Virus record (IMG/VR): IMGVR_UViG_3300008116_000018
Direction: 5' to 3' (one strand)
Source of the DNA: a virus
Length of the DNA stretch: 64,000 nt
Shown: piece after piece, positions 9,309-18,942 of the stretch
Layout: the number at the start of each line of letters is the position of its first letter
Position numbering within the stretch: the first letter of the stretch is position 1
Translations under genes and position numbers: made by a program
Notes under the pieces: model-generated
What the model saw: only the letters and a program-made list of their open reading frames with translations
Database searches by the model: none
Told to the model about the DNA's origin: nothing

Positions 9309-9516
9309 CTACATTTCCTTCTGAACTAGATTGAAATTCCTCTTCACCAGATGCGACTTCTTCTTCGCTATCTTTAAAAATCGACCCTGCCAATTCCATT
9401 CGTTTAACAGAAATATGATTCTGAATCTTGTCGTTTAATGCGTCAAGAATAGAACTTTTAAATTCTGTAGGTTTTGCATCATATGCACTCTGAATTGCTG
9501 TCTGAATATTTTCCAT
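9295..9516 (-). CDS. Prohead core protein (gp67-like)
   Basis: 73 aa, acidic C-terminus, head-operon position. Confidence 0.65.
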   Translation of the reverse strand: MENIQTAIQSAYDAKPTEFKSSILDALNDKIQNHISVKRMELAGSIFKDSEEEVASGEEEFQSSSEGNVDEEL

Positions 9517-9539
9517 AGTATATCTCCGTTTGTTTATGT

Positions 9540-9547
9540 TATTTATA
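9540..9547 (-). promoter_or_regulatory. Late promoter TATAAATA
   Basis: Exact consensus upstream of the gp67-like gene. Confidence 0.75.
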
Positions 9548-9558
9548 CTTTATCGTTT

Positions 9559-10386
9559 TTATGGATTGTAATACGGCATCATGTAGTCGGTTCCACCAAT
9601 ATTTATTGATATAAACCCTACCGGATTACTCGGAAGTGTTGCATTACCAGCCGCTGCCGTTTGTGATCCTGCTGACGATGGATTGATTCTAATTCCACCA
9701 GCAACAACAACCGCATCATTGTCGCCCACTTTAGATATGTTATCGTCCTTAAAAACAAGCAATCTATGAATGTTGTCAATAAAGTTTGAAGTTCCAAAGT
9801 TTGCTGTCGTAGCAATACCCAATGGACCAATAACATATCTAACGCTTGGTTGAGAAATTATTACTGTTGATTCTATCGATGGAAATGGAACATCGTCAAT
9901 TTCCATGTTGATTCGAGAATTACCAAATGCAACATCAACATCAATCGACTCTAACGTTATGTTTCTTGATAGTGAAGAAGTTCCAAATGATATTTCAGGA
10001 TCAATAGAATTTGCATTTATTATGATTTTTACATTATTTAATCCAAATGCAAGATTCGATGCAATCGAGTACTCTAATGAAGCAATTACTTCAGAAATTG
10101 TTGTGCTTACATAATTCTGAATTGGGTATATTGAAAGTGCTTCAATATTATCACCCAAGAATAAGTTTTGATTATACTGGAATCGAGTTGCACCAAGAAC
10201 CGAAGTTGAGTCTATAGAATCAACATAAATTATCGAATTTAGTTGTGTGGTGCCAAATAAATTTATAGGTAAAACTGTATCATCAAATCTTGTTGTTTGA
10301 TAATCTAATATGACTACATTGCCAAATTCAACAACGCCTAAACTATCATATAGGGTTTCATTTTGATATATAAATTGAGTCGCCAT
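9559..10386 (-). CDS. Fibre-like protein with SIxxxxxFG repeats
   Basis: About six repeats (SIDSTSVLG, SIASNLAFG, SIDPEISFG, SIDVDVAFG, SIESTVIIS, GIATTANFG); C-terminal LPSNPVGFISINIGG..Y.MPYY. Confidence 0.55.
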   Translation of the reverse strand: MATQFIYQNETLYDSLGVVEFGNVVILDYQTTRFDDTVLPINLFGTTQLNSIIYVDSIDSTSVLGATRFQYNQNLFLGDNIEALSIYPIQNYVSTTISEVIASLEYSIASNLAFGLNNVKIIINANSIDPEISFGTSSLSRNITLESIDVDVAFGNSRINMEIDDVPFPSIESTVIISQPSVRYVIGPLGIATTANFGTSNFIDNIHRLLVFKDDNISKVGDNDAVVVAGGIRINPSSAGSQTAAAGNATLPSNPVGFISINIGGTDYMMPYYNP

Positions 10387-10409
10387 ACCATTACGATTTC
10401 AAAAACAAA

Positions 10410-10811
10410 TTAAAGAGAGAAAATCTTGTTTGCGCCACTAGAGAATACTACAGTAATATCACCTCCGTTAGGTAGAATTGGCAAACCAGTTGCATTATCA
10501 ATATATGCAATTAATCTAGATGTGCCTTGAACTCCAGTGTCTGAAAATATGAGAAGTGCTTCACAATTTGCACCAGTAACAGAAGTAAATGTCGCATCAT
10601 CTGCATCAAAAACTCCGCTAGTAATTGTTTTGTTGGCCAGCGTTGCGGTTGAAATTACAGCCGAGTTTGATACATCACTTCGAAATTCGTGTACTGCGCT
10701 GTAAGTATAAACACCAGTATCGATAAGCGCCAACGTAATTGTATTAGCTGCCATGTTGATACTGCCATTTAAAAATGCTTGTTTTGCTTTTGGGTAAAGT
10801 GCGTTTGCCAT
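10410..10811 (-). CDS. Conserved small virion/fibre-associated protein
   Basis: MANALYPKAK.AFL, FDADD.TF, LIAYID, PNGGDITV; own late promoter at 10839-10846. Confidence 0.6.
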   Translation of the reverse strand: MANALYPKAKQAFLNGSINMAANTITLALIDTGVYTYSAVHEFRSDVSNSAVISTATLANKTITSGVFDADDATFTSVTGANCEALLIFSDTGVQGTSRLIAYIDNATGLPILPNGGDITVVFSSGANKIFSL

Positions 10812-10838
10812 GTAGATTGCTCCTTAATATTTTATATC

Positions 10839-10846
10839 TATTTATA
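10839..10846 (-). promoter_or_regulatory. Late promoter TATAAATA
   Basis: Exact consensus overlapping the stop of the collagen gene. Confidence 0.7.
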
Positions 10847-12398
10847 AAACGATTGGTGTTCCGATTTTAATAAACGCTTTTGTTGCCGAGATAGCATATC
10901 CAATCTTTAAAGAAAATGCGGCACCGTCAATAGTCGATGTTGTGACAATTGCGCCGTTACTTCCTAGATACAAAGATTGTTCTGGCGTCCACGTCCAACT
11001 TGGATTTGTTATTCCACCAAACGTAACAGTTTCAGACACGTTATCCAATACACCTAAAATTTTATCAACTTGAGATATTTCTAACGCTGATGCTAATATT
11101 GTTTCGCCATTTGCATTTAATGCGACCAATTTGTATTGAGTTGCATTATTGTTAGTGAAAACAACATTCAAAGATTCGGATGCACCTGCACCACCAGTAT
11201 TTGCTTGATTGTATGCGGCTTGTGCTAATGTTGTTGCGGTGTTTGCTTGTGCGTATGCACTATTGGCAGTTGTTCTTGCTAATGTATCGTAGCCAGCTTG
11301 TCCACCAGTATTTGCTTGGTCATAAGCCGCTTGTGCTAGAGTGGTTGCCGTGTTCGCAGTTGTTCTTGCGAGTGTATCAATGCCAGCGCCACCGCCAGTG
11401 TTAGCTTGATTGTATGCGGCTTGTGCTAATGTTGTAGCCGTATTGGCTTGTGTATACGCTGAGTTTGCTTGGGTAAAGGCAGAGTTTGCTCTTGTTCTTG
11501 CAAACGTATCTACAGTACCGCCACCGCCTGCGGCTTGTTCTACGAATACGAATTTCTTTGATGCTTCATCATACGATAAAACATAACCATCTGTGATACT
11601 GTCTCTATCAACGTCATCTAAGTATCGTAGATTGACTTCACCTGAGCCGGTTGCTTTCCAAGCATCATTAGCCATTGCTTTAGATACTGATGCATTGATT
11701 CTATTTTTGTATTGCTGTAAATCTTTTTCGAGAACATCTTGAAATTTTTTAAATTTCTCTTCGACAGGTTTTACGTCTCCGTCTTTACCATCCTTACCTG
11801 AAACGCCTTGAATGCCCTGTGGTCCTGCTGGTCCTTGAATTCCTTGTTGTCCGTCTTGTCCTCGTTCGCCTTTGTCGCCCTTAGGTCCTTGTCCGCCCTG
11901 AACTCCCTGTGGACCAGCTGGTCCAACGGGACCAATTGCGCCTGCTTCTCCATCTCTTCCGTCCAAACCAGTTTTGCCATCTTCGCCCCTATCGCCTTTC
12001 AGTCCTTGCGGACCACGTTCGCCAGCAACACCTTGTATTCCCTGTTTGCCTTGAGGACCAACTTCGCCTTTGTCGCCCTTATCACCTTTTAATCCACGTG
12101 GACCATCAAGTCCCATGTTTCCTTGGGGACCAACTTCACCTTTTTCTCCACGATCACCGGTATCTCCCTTGTCCCCTTTGTCGCCTTTAGAACCCTGTGC
12201 GCCAGTTGCACCAAGGGCTCCACGTGGACCGACAGGACCAGGAACTTGTTCAACGATTACTTCTGTTGTTTTCTTTTCTAAAAGAGATACTAACTCCGTC
12301 TTGAGTTTTTTTATCTCTTGTCTTGTATACGCTACAGATGTTGCAACAGAAACTGCTTCGCTAAGAGTGTCGCTAAGATTAGGTACCTTCTTTGTCAC
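10842..12398 (-). CDS. Collagen-like fibre protein
   Basis: About 50 G-X-Y triplets, [14 protein letters not shown] linker, ANxA coiled-coil repeats, globular C-terminus. Likely GTG start at 12398 after GAGG (track gives 12413). Confidence 0.85.
   Translation of the reverse strand: MTKKVPNLSDTLSEAVSVATSVAYTRQEIKKLKTELVSLLEKKTTEVIVEQVPGPVGPRGALGATGAQGSKGDKGDKGDTGDRGEKGEVGPQGNMGLDGPRGLKGDKGDKGEVGPQGKQGIQGVAGERGPQGLKGDRGEDGKTGLDGRDGEAGAIGPVGPAGPQGVQGGQGPKGDKGERGQDGQQGIQGPAGPQGIQGVSGKDGKDGDVKPVEEKFKKFQDVLEKDLQQYKNRINASVSKAMANDAWKATGSGEVNLRYLDDVDRDSITDGYVLSYDEASKKFVFVEQAAGGGGTVDTFARTRANSAFTQANSAYTQANTATTLAQAAYNQANTGGGAGIDTLARTTANTATTLAQAAYDQANTGGQAGYDTLARTTANSAYAQANTATTLAQAAYNQANTGGAGASESLNVVFTNNNATQYKLVALNANGETILASALEISQVDKILGVLDNVSETVTFGGITNPSWTWTPEQSLYLGSNGAIVTTSTIDGAAFSLKIGYAISATKAFIKIGTPIVL
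11200..11510 (-). repeat. Three imperfect intragenic repeats DTLARTTAN(SAYAQAN)[17 protein letters not shown]
   Basis: Direct DNA repeats, e.g. gcttgattgtatgcggcttgtgctaatgttgt at ~11203 and ~11404. Confidence 0.85.
11778..12243 (-). repeat. Collagen G-X-Y repeat tract
   Basis: Gly at every third residue in the translation. Confidence 0.9.
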
Positions 12399-14040
12399 CT
12401 TTGGCCTCTTCAACTAATGTTCCAAAAAATGCAGTCATAGACTTAGCTAATTCTTTTTGATCTGCGTCATCAATTACTCTATTTTCAGTTTCTTCTTTTT
12501 TTACGCTAACAACAAGTTGTTGTGGTGCTGGCGCTGGAGGTGGAATTGGTGGTGCATCATCTGCCGTAGAATCGTCATCCATATTCGCTTTGTCTTCTTC
12601 CATCTCTTCATCCATCTGTTTAATATCATCTTCACTCTGGCGCAGAATGTTTGTTCTGATATAATTAACAGAGAAGTATTTACCAACGTATCCGTCAATG
12701 TCTGAAAGAATAGATAAACGTTCTTTCATAATTTCAACGTTCTTTAATTCGGCAAAGTGTGCATCTGATTGATAATCATAGCTAATTTCTTCTTTCATTT
12801 GTTCCCACTCTTTACGGGTACAAACGCCTTTAAGAAGAAGCTGTGTCTCAAGCATCTTATCGAATAGAATAGAGAATCTTAAACGTAAACGTGAAATGAA
12901 CTTACCAAACTTCAATTCATCTCTAGTAATTTCAGAAGCACGACCTAAAGAGAATCCATTGTCGGCTTCTAAACGTGATACTGGAACATTCAGTGACTTG
13001 AACATTTTCTTTTGAAAGTACAATACGTCATCAATCTCTCCGAGATTCTGTCCACCTGATAGTGTAGTAATCTCTGTACCTTTACCACCTTCTCTACGTG
13101 GCAACCAAAAGTCTTCAAGCATTGTTTGGTATCGTCTATCGTCACGAATCTCACCAGTGTTTGCATCATACACTAGTTTGTTTTTATACTTCTGCATGAT
13201 TTCACGCAAGTATTGTTCTGCCTTCATCTTAGGCAAGTTACCTACGTCAATGTAAAAGATTCTACGTTCTGGCGCTCTTGAAATACGATAGATAACTGTC
13301 GCATCTTCAAGCATACGTAATTGATTAAGTGGTTTGATTGCTTTGTGTAAGTGTGAAACAATAATCTTACCATCTTTGTCTGTGATGCCAGAGTTTGCAT
13401 AGCAGATTGAATCTACTGCAATCTTGATCCCTTGTGAGCCATCTCTAGAAAATCCTTTATCTGAGTACATAAAGTATTCATGGAATTTTTGTGATGTGTT
13501 TACTATTCCTGGATTATTAGGTTGCTTCTTATCTTCACGAACTTTACGAATCTTACGTGGGTCAATGTAACGAACTTCTTTCAATCCTGCTCTAGGATTC
13601 TTATCGTCAATCAACATGTGATAGTACAAACGTCCATCAACATACCATCTACGGAAAATATCGTAGCCTTGATTGTTGAAGTCGAGTAGTTTCATTATAT
13701 AATAGAACTCATCACGAATCATTTTCTTAATTGATTCGGGTTGTTCGAGTTTATCTAAAATGATTTGGACTGGATAGTCACCGTTTTCAAAGACTAGTGA
13801 TTCATTCACAATGTCTTCAATTGCGGCATCGCATTCTGGCTGAAGTGCCATCTCACGATATTTTTTAATTAAGTCTGCATCGCTTCTAATCTGCCCCTCA
13901 AGGTCCATGTATGTACCGTATACACCACCACCTGAAATCGACACCGCCGCATCATCATCGGTAGGAGTGACAAACGATTTTAACTGTTCTGATTCAACAT
14001 CATCCTTACCAATTTTATATCCAAAAAGTTTTATCGCCAT
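12379..14040 (-). CDS. gp20: Portal protein
   Basis: FRRWYVDGR, RYIDPRKI, NQLRMLEDA.VIYRISRAPERRIFYIDVGNLPK.KAEQY, EDFWLPRREGGKGTEI. Confidence 0.98.
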   Translation of the reverse strand: MAIKLFGYKIGKDDVESEQLKSFVTPTDDDAAVSISGGGVYGTYMDLEGQIRSDADLIKKYREMALQPECDAAIEDIVNESLVFENGDYPVQIILDKLEQPESIKKMIRDEFYYIMKLLDFNNQGYDIFRRWYVDGRLYYHMLIDDKNPRAGLKEVRYIDPRKIRKVREDKKQPNNPGIVNTSQKFHEYFMYSDKGFSRDGSQGIKIAVDSICYANSGITDKDGKIIVSHLHKAIKPLNQLRMLEDATVIYRISRAPERRIFYIDVGNLPKMKAEQYLREIMQKYKNKLVYDANTGEIRDDRRYQTMLEDFWLPRREGGKGTEITTLSGGQNLGEIDDVLYFQKKMFKSLNVPVSRLEADNGFSLGRASEITRDELKFGKFISRLRLRFSILFDKMLETQLLLKGVCTRKEWEQMKEEISYDYQSDAHFAELKNVEIMKERLSILSDIDGYVGKYFSVNYIRTNILRQSEDDIKQMDEEMEEDKANMDDDSTADDAPPIPPPAPAPQQLVVSVKKEETENRVIDDADQKELAKSMTAFFGTLVEEAKGDKEGT

Positions 14041-14054
14041 GTTTTGTTCTCTCT

Positions 14055-14084
14055 AAAAAAAATGGGGGCGTAATAGCCCCCATT
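14055..14084 (-). terminator. Intrinsic terminator in the portal leader
   Basis: AATGGGGGC-TATTAC-GCCCCCATT followed by a U run, immediately upstream of the gp20 RBS. Confidence 0.8.
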
Positions 14085-14103
14085 ATTGACACTATTACGC
14101 AAT

Positions 14104-14111
14104 TATTTATG
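14104..14111 (-). promoter_or_regulatory. Late promoter CATAAATA inside an 8-bp inverted repeat
   Basis: TTACGCAA-cataaataa-TTGCGTAA on the minus strand. Confidence 0.65.
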
Positions 14112-14139
14112 TTGCGTAAATTTCATTCAATTTAGAAAT

Positions 14140-14727
14140 TTATGTTGATAATGTCATATCACCTGCATCGGCAAAGGCATCATTTGCATTACCAGCCTGT
14201 AGATAGTGATATTGGAAGTTTACTGTAAATTCTGATAATGTGTCTGTGCTGTCAAAAGACAAATCGATTGCGCTAACGTCTGTTGGAAATGCATCGTTCA
14301 ATCTATATTGTCTAGAAACTGAGTTATCACCTTTTAAGTGTACACAAGTAATGTCTTTATAGTAATCTTGAACTGTCGATTTTGTTTGCGAATCGTAATT
14401 TCCTTTTGAAATCAAATTTATCCAAGCATTGAATGCACGGCGTATTGCGTGATTTTCATCATTGATAATTGTAACTGTCCAATCGGCAAATGTTCTGTCT
14501 CCAGGAATTTTAATTCTTCTACCTGCTCTGAACGGCACTTCAATTGTACCTACAGTAAAACCAGGAACTGCGGCAGCCTTACAAAGAACTTTAACTGTGC
14601 CTGTAGCGTCAGTAGGTAAATCAGTAGACGCAATCAATGATGGAAATGGAATGTTGATTTCAAATAGATTCGCTCTAGCGCCTCTATTTAACGCTGTTTT
14701 TAATTGTGTTAGTGTTGCGAATGACAT
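14140..14727 (-). CDS. gp19: Tail tube protein, copy 1
   Basis: GARANLF, LCKAAAVPG, IEVPFR, GDRTFADWTVTIINDE, FPTDVSAIDLSFD. Confidence 0.9.
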   Translation of the reverse strand: MSFATLTQLKTALNRGARANLFEINIPFPSLIASTDLPTDATGTVKVLCKAAAVPGFTVGTIEVPFRAGRRIKIPGDRTFADWTVTIINDENHAIRRAFNAWINLISKGNYDSQTKSTVQDYYKDITCVHLKGDNSVSRQYRLNDAFPTDVSAIDLSFDSTDTLSEFTVNFQYHYLQAGNANDAFADAGDMTLST

Positions 14728-14732
14728 TTTTA

Positions 14733-15335
14733 TTATCCTCTTGTTTGTACTGGAATAGCAACATCGCCATCTGCGCTAAAACCATTTTCAAAGTAGTCGT
14801 ATGTCCAAGTTACAGTAAAGTCTTCAACCGCATCAGTAGTATCATACGACAAATCAATAGCAGAAATGTCGCTAGGCCAGCAATTTACTAATCGATAACC
14901 TCCAGCCACAACTGAAGTACCATCTTCTTTCAATTGATAGATTTGAACTGTGCCATAAAGACCATCAGCATCAGTTCCGCCTATTTTAGCGGATCTGTTG
15001 CCTAAAGTGCCTGTGATTTCAAAATTTGTTTTAACGATATCATTCTGCCACTTTTCCATTACGCTACGAATCTTAAAGTTTTCGTCATTTAAAATAGTTG
15101 AAGTCCATTCAGCGTATGATCTGTCTCCACCCAATTTTAATCTACGTCCACCATTCATTGGGATTTCAATTGTTCCCAATGTAGCTGATGGTAACGATCC
15201 TGATCTGCACAAATACTCAAAACTTGCTACATCGTAACCACTCGCTCTTGGCGGTGTTACTTGAACCTTAAACAGATTCGGTCTAGAACCGGCTCCTAGA
15301 GCCGTTCTAAACTTTGTTACTGAAAATTCTGCCAT
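14733..15335 (-). CDS. gp19: Tail tube protein, copy 2
   Basis: GSRPNLF, LCRSGSLP, GDRSYAEWT.TILNDE, WPSDISAIDLSYD. Confidence 0.9.
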   Translation of the reverse strand: MAEFSVTKFRTALGAGSRPNLFKVQVTPPRASGYDVASFEYLCRSGSLPSATLGTIEIPMNGGRRLKLGGDRSYAEWTSTILNDENFKIRSVMEKWQNDIVKTNFEITGTLGNRSAKIGGTDADGLYGTVQIYQLKEDGTSVVAGGYRLVNCWPSDISAIDLSYDTTDAVEDFTVTWTYDYFENGFSADGDVAIPVQTRG

Positions 15336-15366
15336 TTTATTCTCCTTGTTTGTCTTCTGTAATTAT

Positions 15367-17271
15367 TTATCCTGCGATTTCATTAAATGTAGCAGTACCT
15401 CTTACAGACACAAAGTTAAGTTGAATAAAGTTAACAGAGCGAATTGGTTGTACGAAAATATCGCAAACAAATTCGTTAGCGTTTACAACATCTTCAGGGT
15501 TGTTGCTTGCATCACAAACAACTCTGAATGCGGCTAAACCACGGCGGGCTTGAACACTTCTTAGATATGGAACAACTAAGTTAACAAAGTTTGATCTTGT
15601 TGTTTCATCGTTCTGGTCAAACAATACATTGTCTGCGGCTTCACCAATTGTCTTTTGCAAGTCAATGAACAATCTACGAACGTTGATTCTGTTTGTAGAT
15701 GTGTTTCTAGTCACGAATGTCTTGTCACCAAACAATACTGTACCACGACCAACTTGTGTGATTACTGGATTTACAGCAACTTTGTACAATGTGTCACGCT
15801 CTGCTTGTGTTGGATTGAATGCCAAACGAACTAAGTTTTGAATACGACCATTGTTGAATCCAGCTGGAGACAACCATGACTCTTGATTAAAGTCATTACG
15901 TGCCATGCAACCAGCAACGTCAGCGTTCAATGGAACATAAACATATGTGTCATTGTATTTGTCGTACTGATATTTCCATCCGCTGTCTGCGACTGCGTAT
16001 GTAGAACGTGTAACTGTGGCAGCCCATGCAGAGATTGCAGTTGCTTCTGAACCAGCATTGTTAACAACGTTTGCTCTCAATGGAGAAATACAAACAACAG
16101 CGTCTTTTCTAACTTCAGCAATATCGCCAATGATTCTGTTCACAACTGTCGCATTGCCTTGACCAGCAAAGATGATTGTTGCAGGAACTTCAGACTTGTT
16201 TGAATACTTCAAATAACCAGTAGCACGATCACCATCGGTTACAGCCACACCATCAGAACCACCATTGAAGTCATAGTTCTTAGGAACAGTTACTGAAGTG
16301 TATGTTGTTGGTGTGCCGTTTGCTGTTGTGAGATTTGTACCCCAATTTGTACCAGCGCCATCATGGTCTGTCCAACGAACCCATGCTGAACGATCATTGA
16401 TAAGGTCTTTGTAGTAGTTATTACCACCATTCTCTGCTCTTGCATTACCTGCTTTAGATGTGCTTTCGTATTTTTCTAAAACTGTATTTGCTGTACCTGT
16501 GATTAAGCCAAGTTTGTCAACGACAACAACGTGCATTTCATCGCCAGATGCGCCAACTGATGCGGCTTGTAGTGATGTGCCTGGAGCGGCATTGAATTCA
16601 TCAAAGAATTCCCAACGGCGAGTACCAGAAGCAGCCGATGCGCCAGTCAAGTGTGCAGAATCAATTGTGAAGTGTGTTGTGTTTGCAATTGCAGTAACTT
16701 TTGCTGTACGCCCAGAGATAACAACTTGATCGCCAATTCTCAATTCTGTGTTTGCCGCAGAACCAGTACCAACAACTGTTGTAGAACCAGCGGCAATTGT
16801 GAATGTACCAGTCAATGCGCCAGAAAATGCAGTTGCACTTGGGCAAGTAGAAACTCTAAGAGAATTACCTAAAGCACCAGCATACTTTGCAATGAAAGGT
16901 CCGATGTTGAATGATGCTGTTTCGATATATGCATCATCGTTTTTAATCAATTGACCAGCGCCGATGCCGCCAGAACCAGTTGCAGTTTCTGTTGTTGCGT
17001 TCAATGCTGTGTTTGCAACACGAACAACAAAAAGTGGTGAAGAATATCCTAAAAAGTTAGCGGCCGACAAGAAATCGACAACGTTAGTTGCATTTGGCTT
17101 ACCGAATTCGGCCACCAATTGACCTTCGTTTGCAACTTGAGTCGCAACTTCAATAGGACCCCAATTAAATTGTCCTGAAAATGCACCGATTGTAGATGTA
17201 GTTGATTGATTAGACGTTACCAAATCTTGTTCGGTAATTTTAACGCCTGGTGAAATTAGACTTATAGCCAT
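15367..17271 (-). CDS. gp18: Tail sheath protein
   Basis: SPGVKITE.D, F.WGP, SAANFLGY, WKYQYDKYND, WLSPAG, FGDKT, RINVRRLF. Confidence 0.97.
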   Translation of the reverse strand: MAISLISPGVKITEQDLVTSNQSTTSTIGAFSGQFNWGPIEVATQVANEGQLVAEFGKPNATNVVDFLSAANFLGYSSPLFVVRVANTALNATTETATGSGGIGAGQLIKNDDAYIETASFNIGPFIAKYAGALGNSLRVSTCPSATAFSGALTGTFTIAAGSTTVVGTGSAANTELRIGDQVVISGRTAKVTAIANTTHFTIDSAHLTGASAASGTRRWEFFDEFNAAPGTSLQAASVGASGDEMHVVVVDKLGLITGTANTVLEKYESTSKAGNARAENGGNNYYKDLINDRSAWVRWTDHDGAGTNWGTNLTTANGTPTTYTSVTVPKNYDFNGGSDGVAVTDGDRATGYLKYSNKSEVPATIIFAGQGNATVVNRIIGDIAEVRKDAVVCISPLRANVVNNAGSEATAISAWAATVTRSTYAVADSGWKYQYDKYNDTYVYVPLNADVAGCMARNDFNQESWLSPAGFNNGRIQNLVRLAFNPTQAERDTLYKVAVNPVITQVGRGTVLFGDKTFVTRNTSTNRINVRRLFIDLQKTIGEAADNVLFDQNDETTRSNFVNLVVPYLRSVQARRGLAAFRVVCDASNNPEDVVNANEFVCDIFVQPIRSVNFIQLNFVSVRGTATFNEIAG

Positions 17272-17310
17272 TGAATTCTCCTTGTTATAATGATGTGGGT
17301 TTGTTTAATT

Positions 17311-17318
17311 TATTTATA
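17311..17318 (-). promoter_or_regulatory. Late promoter TATAAATA (gp18)
   Basis: Exact consensus; a GATAAATA variant also precedes the gp19 pair at 15364-15371. Confidence 0.8.
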
Positions 17319-18942
17319 AAAAATCAGATTTCTGATAGCTTTCTACCTGCCAAACTTGACCAGTCGCATCAACCATTTGATTCTCTTCTTCACCGTTATT
17401 TATAAAGCCGAAAGGCGTGACTTCCTCCTCAATCATCTTAATTCTCGCATCGTACAGTTCTTTTCTAATGTTGATGTTTGTCAAATCTTTAAAGTAAGAA
17501 TTTGTTGTCAACCATGAAAAAAGAACTAAAGGCATAACCAAATCATCGTGATATCCTTCGTCAGCAGAATAGCTATTCTTTCTTTCAATGAATGTTGAAA
17601 TCTCTGCTATTGTATCTGCGTCACGAATTATTAACTTTTTCTCTTCAACCATAGACTTGAAGTTAGAACATCCAATACGTTTGATTTTCTTGTCTGTAAT
17701 AACACCTAACTGTGTCTTACCTCCACCAAAGCCACCATTGACAATTTGTCCTTGAGGTGTTCTGCTAACAGAAATGATATTCTCATATTCATACTCACCA
17801 TAAAGAATGTCCGCAACTTGTTCTGAAGAATTAATTTCAATTAGAACGTATGCTTCATTGTATTCTTTACCGACTCTGTAAATTACTGACGGATACAAAA
17901 GTGGGCTGATTTGATTGTTTCTGTATTTGCCTACCATCTTGTATGGCATCTGAGATATGTCAAGAATTACAAATGCCGAATAGTCACCACCAACACCTTT
18001 AGCTGTGTCTGCAATAATACAGTATGCGTGATCTTTTTCTACTTTTTCATATATATCAAGTCCATCTTTCTGATAGATGATAGGATCAGCAGACATTTGT
18101 GCAATAGCGTCAGATGCAATAAGTGTAAGACTTGAACCCAAGAAGTTACATAGAACCTCTTGATTGAACTTCAACTCACCAAGCAATCTTCTTTGTTCGG
18201 ATGCCCACTTTTCATCACGTCCAGGAATTTCCCAGTATGGAATGAATAGATTCACGAACCCGTTTCTATCGTTCTCTGCATCATTCCAGAACTTCCAGAA
18301 GTGGTTGTATCCTAGTGGGGTAGAACTTAACAGAATCTTTGTTGTTTCACCAGCAGAAATCGTAGGATAAACTGAGGTGAAAAATTGTTCTGCTACATTG
18401 TTCGGTATGATAGCGGCTTCGTCAACGTACAATAAGTTAACTGACTTACCACGAATACCTGATGCGCTTGTTGCGGCTGTGAATACGATTGACCCATTCT
18501 CTAAAGCAATGTCACCTTTGTTCCATGTAGTGACACCTTGCTGAAGCCATGTAGGAAGATTCTCATACATGACTTGATAACGATATAAAACTTCTCTAGC
18601 GGCTGTCGCTTTGTTTGCTAGAATCGCTACAGTCTTACTTCCTTGAAACAATGTGTACCAAAGAATGTAAGCAGCCGATGTTGTTGTTTTACCTTGCTGG
18701 CGACCTTCCATAAGAATAACTTTACGATTCTCATGAATAATCTTTACTTTGTTCTTTTGACAATCATACAGTTTAAATGGCTGAAGCCCATGATCGAGCG
18801 TGACAATTTTACAATATGTCTCAATGAAATATATCGGATCATCAGCACACTTAATGTACTCTTCAATTTCATCTTTTGTGAAGTTGAGTGGTACGCCAGA
18901 TGCTTTTAAAAGAGAATTTCCTAGATAGGATTTTGTTGTCAT
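17314..18942 (-). CDS. gp17: Terminase large subunit
   Basis: YLGN..LK, RQQGKTT, DEAA, SSTPLG.NHF, ADTAKG.GGDYS, HDDLVM. Confidence 0.98.
   Translation of the reverse strand: MTTKSYLGNSLLKASGVPLNFTKDEIEEYIKCADDPIYFIETYCKIVTLDHGLQPFKLYDCQKNKVKIIHENRKVILMEGRQQGKTTTSAAYILWYTLFQGSKTVAILANKATAAREVLYRYQVMYENLPTWLQQGVTTWNKGDIALENGSIVFTAATSASGIRGKSVNLLYVDEAAIIPNNVAEQFFTSVYPTISAGETTKILLSSTPLGYNHFWKFWNDAENDRNGFVNLFIPYWEIPGRDEKWASEQRRLLGELKFNQEVLCNFLGSSLTLIASDAIAQMSADPIIYQKDGLDIYEKVEKDHAYCIIADTAKGVGGDYSAFVILDISQMPYKMVGKYRNNQISPLLYPSVIYRVGKEYNEAYVLIEINSSEQVADILYGEYEYENIISVSRTPQGQIVNGGFGGGKTQLGVITDKKIKRIGCSNFKSMVEEKKLIIRDADTIAEISTFIERKNSYSADEGYHDDLVMPLVLFSWLTTNSYFKDLTNINIRKELYDARIKMIEEEVTPFGFINNGEEENQMVDATGQVWQVESYQKSDFL

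Noticed and set aside
11200-12243. Repeats as a CRISPR array
   Set aside because: In-frame coding repeats with wobble variation and no unique spacers
12379-18942. Introns/inteins in portal, sheath or terminase
   Set aside because: Continuous ORFs of normal length with no intein or homing-endonuclease motifs
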